A stretch of DNA of 64,000 nt from a virus (Duplodnaviria > Caudoviricetes). The stretch's first letter is position 1, and each line of letters begins with the position of its first letter. Shown piece after piece: positions 40,092-46,891 of this stretch. The DNA lies in the IMG/VR virus record IMGVR_UViG_3300032007_000055, positions 26,044-90,043 of that record. One strand, 5' to 3'. Both the position numbers and the translations under genes were made by a program. Below the pieces are notes generated by a model that was not told the DNA's origin, did no database searches, and saw only the letters and a list, made by a program, of their open reading frames with translations.

Positions 40092-41315
40092 CTAGTTCTT
40101 GGCAGGCTGTTCCTGAACAGATTCTTCAGGAGCTTCTGATGCTTCGGCAATAAGATTGTCGTTGAGCATCTGGATTTCGGTCGCGAACGTTTCTGATTCG
40201 TAAGAATCTGCTTCGAAACCAGTGAATCCGGTAAGAACATCGCCGCTGAACAGATCCTGGAGACTCTTGATTTCGAAATCTGAAGATTCCTTGTTCAAGA
40301 GAATTCCTGTAGCGATCTTTCTTGTGCTCTTCAAGATTGAAGAATACTTCAAACTGATCGTTACGACTGTTCTGTGGGCCTTCAAAGTTGTTCCTTCAAG
40401 ACCTACGCCGTATGAAATTACAGCGAACTTCTTCTTGAAATTCATGAAGAAGTCGCAACCCTTGCCCTTGCGCTCGTTCTCCTTTGATTCGTCAAAGAAG
40501 TTGAGCTTTGAAAGAGTCAAGTTGTAGCGGTTGAACAAGCTGATGTCCTTTCCAGTCAAACCCGCATCTTTTGAGATGTAGGCGGCAGCACGAAGGTAGT
40601 TGCGAGCCAATCCCTTGCGGCCATCAGGAGTTTCAAATCCGTTTTCATGAGAAACACCAACAAATCCCTTGAAGAAGAAATCCGTGTCTGTTGTTTCATC
40701 GTAGTGGATTTTCACCATATCCTTGGACTTCATACGGAAGTTGACGCCCTGAGACTGGTACTCCTGGTTCAACTTGTCCAGAATTCTGGTCAAGTTGGTG
40801 ACGGTCAGCGTCGTTCTTTCGGAATACGGAATCATGACCGTGTGGCCAATGTTGACCTTTCCGTATTCCAGAGCCTTATGATTTTCGAAGACGATGACAT
40901 CTTCGCATTTCAAGACTGTCAGAATGCGATGAACCTGGCCAGCGATAGTTTTCGCAATGGCTTCAAGATCAAGTTTCGTTTCAGTCTTAAACGTGAAGTC
41001 GATCTTTTTGAAGACCGATACGCTCAGAGTCTTTCCGTCAACACAGAACATTTTTTCCTGCGTCTTATCGAACGGGAACACTTTGAGCTTTGACTTTTTC
41101 TCGTCGTCTTCCTTCTCCGATGTTTCTTTTTCAGAAGAATCTCCCTCTTCTTCTGAACCCTCCACTTCGTCCGAAACCGTTTCTTCAACCGCTTCAGTAG
41201 ATTCGTCTTGTTCATCCTCAACAAGAGAACCCACTTCAACAACGCTTGAATCCACAACCTCGGTTGTACCGTTTTCGGAAGCTGCCTGTTCAACTTCCAT
41301 TTCTTCTTTAGCCAT
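40092..41315 (-). CDS. hypothetical protein with acidic disordered termini, probably highly expressed early
   Basis: 407 aa; promoter motif 41413-41424; noticeably more C/G-ending codons than neighbours. Confidence 0.85.
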   Translation of the reverse strand: MAKEEMEVEQAASENGTTEVVDSSVVEVGSLVEDEQDESTEAVEETVSDEVEGSEEEGDSSEKETSEKEDDEKKSKLKVFPFDKTQEKMFCVDGKTLSVSVFKKIDFTFKTETKLDLEAIAKTIAGQVHRILTVLKCEDVIVFENHKALEYGKVNIGHTVMIPYSERTTLTVTNLTRILDKLNQEYQSQGVNFRMKSKDMVKIHYDETTDTDFFFKGFVGVSHENGFETPDGRKGLARNYLRAAAYISKDAGLTGKDISLFNRYNLTLSKLNFFDESKENERKGKGCDFFMNFKKKFAVISYGVGLEGTTLKAHRTVVTISLKYSSILKSTRKIATGILLNKESSDFEIKSLQDLFSGDVLTGFTGFEADSYESETFATEIQMLNDNLIAEASEAPEESVQEQPAKN

Positions 41316-41483
41316 AATAGGCCTCCTTTGTTATGAGTCACAATATTTACATCGCGGCTCTTTTTCATATTGGTATGTATTACTTGTTTTTAAGTTTTAC
41401 ACACCTCATTATTATAATATATAACTAAAAAAAATATGGGCGTCCGAAGACGCTCCATATTTTTTTATTTTTTGTGCATCAAG

Positions 41484-41861
41484 TTAGTCGCGTTTGATTA
41501 CAAGATTGCCATCTTTAAAACTGATTTTTGAATCAAGTTTGACTGCTTTTTTGTAATATTCCCCACCATCATACTTTAAGCAGATCAAATGACAACCATC
41601 ACCCATCGGAACCAGTTTATCAACAAAATATCCTTCCATGTCTTCAGGAAGAGGATCCATCTTATAGATTGAACCTGTTGTTTTGTCGACAACCCAAATT
41701 TGTTCTCGTAGGGCAACCACAGCTTGTCGATCAGAAGAATTCTTCCAAACAACATTTAATTTAACTGTAGTAGGAATATTTTCAGAGATACCAATGATAT
41801 CACTGAAACCCAACGTTCCATTACCAACAATACGTTTGGTATCTTTAATTTTTAAGTCCAT
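41484..41861 (-). CDS. hypothetical protein
   Basis: 125 aa, GGAGG RBS. Confidence 0.8.
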   Translation of the reverse strand: MDLKIKDTKRIVGNGTLGFSDIIGISENIPTTVKLNVVWKNSSDRQAVVALREQIWVVDKTTGSIYKMDPLPEDMEGYFVDKLVPMGDGCHLICLKYDGGEYYKKAVKLDSKISFKDGNLVIKRD

Positions 41862-41896
41862 TGTTCCTCCAATTTATAGACTAAAAAATATAAAAA

Positions 41897-42020
41897 TCAA
41901 ACGGCTGATAATCGACGCAAAAAGCATATATTGCCAAACCATCAGCAACAGGCGAGCCGGGTGGGAGGGGAAAAGCTCACATGCATTAATGCTATCTGCT
42001 ATCAAAAACCAGCCGTTTGA
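41897..42020 (-). ncRNA. candidate structured RNA (124 nt) with C-rich loop
   Basis: 11-bp terminal stem TCAAACGGCTG/CAGCCGTTTGA; inner GTGAGC/GCTCGC hairpin with loop TTTTCCCCTCCCACCCG. Confidence 0.5.
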
Positions 42021-42038
42021 ATTTTTTTCTGAAAAAGA

Positions 42039-42222
42039 TACCGGGACGGCAAGGTCTATAAACCGCCCCGGTAATGTTGGTGTCTAACCCGTTAGACCCA
42101 TGCTATGTATCAATGCCGTCGTTCTCGACACCTTCCTAAGGGACTGTTCATCAATACATAGACCTGCGTTTCCACTCTCCTTGTTTCATGGGACGAGAGC
42201 AATCACGAACTTGCGTAGCAGG
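42039..42222 (-). ncRNA. candidate multi-domain structured RNA
   Basis: consecutive helices CCTGC/GCAGG, CTATGTAT/ATACATAG, GTCTAAC/GTTAGAC, TACCGGG/CCCGGTA with no spare spacers. Confidence 0.55.
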
Positions 42223-42232
42223 AATATTTTCG

Positions 42233-42367
42233 CGTGTTTACCAGGAATTGAACCTAGATCTTATAACCAAACACTTGCGCTATGTCGAACGATACTTTGG
42301 AACTCGGAGGACCAGATAAATTTCGTTCATTGGTTTGGTTTTGCTCTGCCATTTGAGCTATAAACAC
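42233..42367 (-). ncRNA. tRNA-like RNA with ~60-nt insert in the anticodon arm
   Basis: acceptor GTGTTTA/TAAACAC, D arm GCTC AAATGGCA GAGC, T arm CTAGG TTCAATT CCTGG; 85 nt between D and T arms instead of about 23. Confidence 0.8.
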
Positions 42368-42372
42368 AAGTA

Positions 42373-42457
42373 TGCTGAAGACGGGACTTGAACCCGTATG
42401 CTATTTACTAGCCAAGGATTTTAAGTCCTTTGCGTGTTCCAATTTCGCCACTTCAGC
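42373..42457 (-). tRNA. tRNA-Leu(TAA), CCA not encoded
   Basis: GCTGAAG acceptor, AAGGA CT TAA AA TCCTT anticodon arm, long variable arm, ACGGG TTCAAGT CCCGT T arm, A73. Confidence 0.95.
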
Positions 42458-42652
42458 AAAAATAAAGACCCCACACACCTGGCATAGACGGCCGTTACGG
42501 AGGGCGGCTAAAGGCTACACGAGATGTGTGGGAAAAACGAGAAAGAACAGCGCGTATGATGTGTGCATTTACAGTTATGGAATATCGATACTCTTTTTTT
42601 AGTTTGAGGAGTGAAGAGCATCACCCATAAATGTACACCACTGTTCCAGTAT

Positions 42653-42664
42653 TATAATATATAA
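42653..42664 (-). promoter_or_regulatory. putative early promoter (TTATATATTATA) of the RNA cassette
   Basis: consensus copy pointing into the ORF-free 41.9-42.6 kb region. Confidence 0.7.
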
Positions 42665-42671
42665 CTAAATT

Positions 42672-43061
42672 TTATTTACGTAAAAGAATCAGCATTTCAT
42701 AAGTTGTTACTTCTTTTCCGTCCATTATCTTACTGTAAAAGCGTTTTCTATACTTTGTTTTATAATGATAGTATCTATGTTTTTCATCACAAATCCAGTC
42801 ATTAATGTATTTCTGATAGAATTCTTCAAATTCAACATCAGTTTTAGCTGTAGAACGAGGAGCAATAATCAAAACCTTTAGTTCATCATAGTCTTTTATA
42901 TACCGAAATTCAAGAGTCGTTGTTTCATCGATCTTGATTATTTCAGTATTTTCATCAGGAATTACTTTAGTTGGAGATTCACCAAATGCAAGAAGTGCAC
43001 AAGGTAAACCAAAAAACATCAAAATTAAAATAACAGAAAAGATAATAAGTTTTTTATTCAT
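42672..43061 (-). CDS. exported/membrane-anchored protein
   Basis: N-terminal signal/TM MNKKLIIFSVILILMFFGLPCALLAFG. Confidence 0.75.
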   Translation of the reverse strand: MNKKLIIFSVILILMFFGLPCALLAFGESPTKVIPDENTEIIKIDETTTLEFRYIKDYDELKVLIIAPRSTAKTDVEFEEFYQKYINDWICDEKHRYYHYKTKYRKRFYSKIMDGKEVTTYEMLILLRK

Positions 43062-43163
43062 TATATTTTTAATCTCCTTATATATAGATATATTTATTAG
43101 TTTATTAAAAAAAAAATAACCCTACTCACACCTTTCGGTGCTTTCGGGTTGCGGCGTTAGAGA

Positions 43164-43523
43164 TTAGTCTTCGTCAGACATAATCTCTTTGGCAATTTCC
43201 TTGCCTTCCTTTACGCCTACGCGGATCGAATCCGCAAATGTCTTTACAAGACCATCTGTGACGGCCTTAAGCTTTCCGTTCTTGACCCAGTCGTGCAACT
43301 GGTCAAGTCCTTTGGCGCGTTCGTCGAAGAGTTCCTTAAGCTCTTCGACGCTAATTTCGCAGCTGGTTTCGCCGTTTACAACAGCCTTCATGTAGAATCC
43401 GTTTCCAGATTCGTCTCTTGTGGATGAATCTTTTTTAAAGATTCCAAGGACTTTCTCGATAAAGTTATTGTTGATTTTAGCACCAGTTGTAAAAACTCCG
43501 TGATACGCGTTAGAAAGTTTCAT
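43164..43523 (-). CDS. hypothetical protein
   Basis: 119 aa, AGGAG RBS, promoter motif 43636-43647 with ~100-nt leader. Confidence 0.75.
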   Translation of the reverse strand: MKLSNAYHGVFTTGAKINNNFIEKVLGIFKKDSSTRDESGNGFYMKAVVNGETSCEISVEELKELFDERAKGLDQLHDWVKNGKLKAVTDGLVKTFADSIRVGVKEGKEIAKEIMSDED

Positions 43524-43774
43524 AGGTTTCTCCTGTGTTTTTATCTTATGACCACTTCTCTGTGGCGTGTTAAGTTTTCTCTCCTAACCGCTTTAATTTG
43601 TTTTTAAGGAACTCATACGTGTTCCTGTTCATTAGTATAATATGTGATTATGGGAGGGGGTTATAATAACAAAAAAATAAAGAGAGCCGGTTTTAGCCCT
43701 CTTTATCATACACAATTTTACCATAATACAAATAAATTAAAAAAAATTCAGGGTATATTTCAACCCTGAACTCT

Positions 43775-44035
43775 TTATTTTTCTTCCTTCTTGTTATCGT
43801 CTTTCTTTTTAGAAAGAGATTCTAAGATGAAGTATTGCATCGCCAGCGACGTTTTCACTGACGATACTGAAGTCTGAGGAACAGTTTGAGTTTGCTCTTT
43901 TTTAGCAGCTTCTCTCTGTTCCTCTAATCTCTTCGAGAATTCATCAGTGAATCTCGAAGATTTTCCCATGATGGTCTTGTTGATTTGCTCAACATTTTCA
44001 ATAACCATGGGAATAATAGAATTCTCTATTTTCAT
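43775..44035 (-). CDS. hypothetical protein
   Basis: 86 aa, promoter motif 44052-44063. Confidence 0.75.
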   Translation of the reverse strand: MKIENSIIPMVIENVEQINKTIMGKSSRFTDEFSKRLEEQREAAKKEQTQTVPQTSVSSVKTSLAMQYFILESLSKKKDDNKKEEK

Positions 44036-44130
44036 AGTCCCACCTCACTATTATAATATATAAATAAAGGTTTAAATTTACTAACTTAAAATAATTCACT
44101 AGGAATAGAATCCTAGTGAATTTTTATTAA

Positions 44131-45984
44131 TTAACGCTTATGATGCTTCTTCTTATTTTTCTTTTTGTTTGCAAGTTGAGATTGTTCATTAGCAAGTTTT
44201 CTATTTCTCCAACTGATATAAGAATCATTGAAGATAGAAGCCAAGTTATTCTGAATAAGAGACAACATGTCTTGTACAACTTCAAAGTAAGAAGAACGAA
44301 CGACTGACAAATCAACTTCTTTCAAGATGATATCGTCTTTTTTGTCGCCAATGAACATGTCATACTGGTTCTTACCAAATGCTTCTTCACAAAGTTTATA
44401 AAGAGCATCGCCCTTAGAATTTTCTTCGGTAAATGTAACCTTGTATCCCAACTGATGCTGGAGAATAAGATTATTAAACATTGTAGCGAAGATCGTATCG
44501 CGAGTTTCTTTTGTATTCAAGTTAAACTTAATGAAATGTGTCAAGTTAATGATAATTTCACTGAAGATAAACATGTACATTGAATGTACAATAGAAACAA
44601 TTGTGTTAATGCAAGCAGAACGTTTTTCAACTTCTGTCTTTGTTTCATCAGCAATTACAGCCTGAAGTTTAGAATAAGTGATGTAATTTTCATACTTATT
44701 CATGAAAGCATAATGCTTACCCCATTTCTTCAACTGAAGAGCTTCAACAGTCGGGAATGCTTTTGAAATTTCAACAATTGTCTTTGAATAGTCATCAATG
44801 TTAATATCGTTACGAGGATTGAAATCCTTATACAACGGATCTTTTTCGAAAATGTCTTTTGTGATATACTTGATTCTCTCAAGATTGTCAGATCTCATCA
44901 AATCATTAATAATTTCATCAATGATTTTATAGATTTTTTCAAAGATATTTCCACTTTGCGATGTGATAACACCATTATTGTCAAGTTTTTCTTTAAGGAT
45001 ATTTAATTCCTTATCTTCAACCTTTTCAATAGTGGGATCTTTGTTTACGATCAAAGCATAACGAATAACTGTTGTAAAGAAATCCAATGACTGGAAATCT
45101 CTCTTGATCAACAAACTGATATCGATATTGTCTTTTGACTGGATATGAGAAATATAATTCTGCAATCCAAGAATGAAACGATCTTCGGAACGATCAATGA
45201 ATTCATAACCAAAAATGTTGTATTCTTGTGAACTCAAATACTTAACGAAGTAACGTTTAATCTGTTCAGCAAACATCGGAGTAACGTACATCTTCTTAAT
45301 AAGAGATTCGTCAATTTCCTTTGTTTTATCGAGTTCTTTAACGGATTTGTTTTCAGGATTGTACCAAGAATCTGTGAGGCGATATTCGTCAACGATATAA
45401 TCTCTCAACGATTTAAGAGTTACAGCTTTGATGAATTTTTCAGCAACCATAGATTCAGCAAATTCTTTTTCAAGACGTTTTGATTCTTGCTGGATCATAG
45501 CCAAAACAAGACGAGAATCCTCATATCCCACAGTACAAGACTTGAAGTATTCAAGATCGTCTTTATCGGCTTCGCTCTTATCGACTGCTTCTTTAGTTCG
45601 CTTGTAATCTTCGATAGCATCTTTAGCCATATGAATATATGTGTCCAAAGAATTAACATCGAAATAATCACTTACCGCAGCATTGAAAATTTTACAAGTC
45701 TCTTCTGTAACTTTTGGTGTCACACCATCTTCTTCGAATTCGATCTTGTCCCAATCGATATTTGATTCTTTAGCAAGTTTAAGCATATAATCTTTTTGCT
45801 CTTGCTTGATTTGGTCTTTTGTAAGTTCAGCTGATTCTACAGGTTTTGTTTCTGGAGAAACAACTTCAACGATTTCGTTGTTTTCCAAATCCGATGAATC
45901 TTTTTCAGGCATAGAAACATCAATAACTGTAGGATTCTTTACCTCTTCAGTATTTTTCACTTCGGTATTCTGATTCTCACCCAT
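44131..45984 (-). CDS. hypothetical alpha-helical protein
   Basis: 617 aa, AAGGAG RBS, basic C-tail. Confidence 0.85.
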   Translation of the reverse strand: MGENQNTEVKNTEEVKNPTVIDVSMPEKDSSDLENNEIVEVVSPETKPVESAELTKDQIKQEQKDYMLKLAKESNIDWDKIEFEEDGVTPKVTEETCKIFNAAVSDYFDVNSLDTYIHMAKDAIEDYKRTKEAVDKSEADKDDLEYFKSCTVGYEDSRLVLAMIQQESKRLEKEFAESMVAEKFIKAVTLKSLRDYIVDEYRLTDSWYNPENKSVKELDKTKEIDESLIKKMYVTPMFAEQIKRYFVKYLSSQEYNIFGYEFIDRSEDRFILGLQNYISHIQSKDNIDISLLIKRDFQSLDFFTTVIRYALIVNKDPTIEKVEDKELNILKEKLDNNGVITSQSGNIFEKIYKIIDEIINDLMRSDNLERIKYITKDIFEKDPLYKDFNPRNDINIDDYSKTIVEISKAFPTVEALQLKKWGKHYAFMNKYENYITYSKLQAVIADETKTEVEKRSACINTIVSIVHSMYMFIFSEIIINLTHFIKFNLNTKETRDTIFATMFNNLILQHQLGYKVTFTEENSKGDALYKLCEEAFGKNQYDMFIGDKKDDIILKEVDLSVVRSSYFEVVQDMLSLIQNNLASIFNDSYISWRNRKLANEQSQLANKKKNKKKHHKR

Positions 45985-46090
45985 TCTATAACTCCTTTAT
46001 TGTTTTATAGAAAAAAATTTATATAACTATATTCATTATCATTTTAAAAAATATAAAGTCTACCCAAAATAGGGTAGACTTTTAATATAG

Positions 46091-46891
46091 TTAGTCACCA
46101 GAATCGTTATTGTTGTTAGAATTACTATTGCTATTGTTGCTAGAATTGATAAGATTTTCCGTTTCTCTAACAAGTTGTTCATAATATGTGACAGCTTGAT
46201 TGAGACGATTCTCATAATCCTGTATCTGTTTATACGCAGTTTCATACTTTTTCTTAGCAGAAAGCATTTCTTCTCTGGCAGCAATATTTCGTTCAGACTC
46301 TCTGTTCATAAGTTTTGTCTGTTCGTATTCACGATTCAGATAATCTGTGAACATTCGAGTTCGTTCTTTTTCTATTGTATCGATAGATTCTTTCGGAACA
46401 TAGACTGAATCATAAGTAATGTCAACCTCTTTATCAATCAAAACGAAATCTATCAATTCATTCAGTTTGTTTTTGATTTTAGTTTTTATTTCTGTCAAGA
46501 AGTTGTTTCGTTCTTCTTCAGAAGTAAACCGTCGAAGTAGTGGATATACAACAACGTTAAGATTGTCGCATTCCACGTACTCAAACGATTTCGATTTATC
46601 AATCAAGGATTCAGGAATAAAAACTTTTTCGTCATCTAACTGTAAAGGCTCTAATGATGTAACAAGTCGGCAAATGTATATGGTGGTATTAGGACGAATC
46701 GCAGCATAATACGAACCCATTCCCAAACCTATCGGCGAGAAGAATCGTTCATAAATGTTATAATTGTCCTCATTGCTTGCAACGTTGTCGATATTTGTTG
46801 TACCAATAACAGAGCAAATAATTTTTTCACCACCATATATTTCAAGAGTCGAAATGTTGTAGATTTTCGAAAGTTCGATTGAATCCAACAT
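46091..46891 (-). CDS. putative virion protein with C-terminal coiled coil
   Basis: 266 aa; start overlaps the stop of the late 894-aa gene. Confidence 0.6.
   Translation of the reverse strand: MLDSIELSKIYNISTLEIYGGEKIICSVIGTTNIDNVASNEDNYNIYERFFSPIGLGMGSYYAAIRPNTTIYICRLVTSLEPLQLDDEKVFIPESLIDKSKSFEYVECDNLNVVVYPLLRRFTSEEERNNFLTEIKTKIKNKLNELIDFVLIDKEVDITYDSVYVPKESIDTIEKERTRMFTDYLNREYEQTKLMNRESERNIAAREEMLSAKKKYETAYKQIQDYENRLNQAVTYYEQLVRETENLINSSNNSNSNSNNNNDSGD

Noticed and set aside
42085-42180. Resemblance of GAGTGGAAACGCAGG and GGGTCTAA to a c-di-GMP-I riboswitch
   Set aside because: The GCAAA-P2 tetraloop module is absent and the two pieces are separated by an unrelated domain
42233-42367. 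Canonical intron-containing tRNA
   Set aside because: No excision restores a U33-containing 7-nt loop and no BHB or group I features were found; kept as a tRNA-like RNA
41683-42602. ORF-track entries 41683-42087, 42100-42363 and 42372-42602 (+)
   Set aside because: They are antisense to tRNA and structured RNA genes and lack RBSs
46097-46145. Asn/Ser-rich simple repeat at the gene end
   Set aside because: Ordinary low-complexity tail with no array structure
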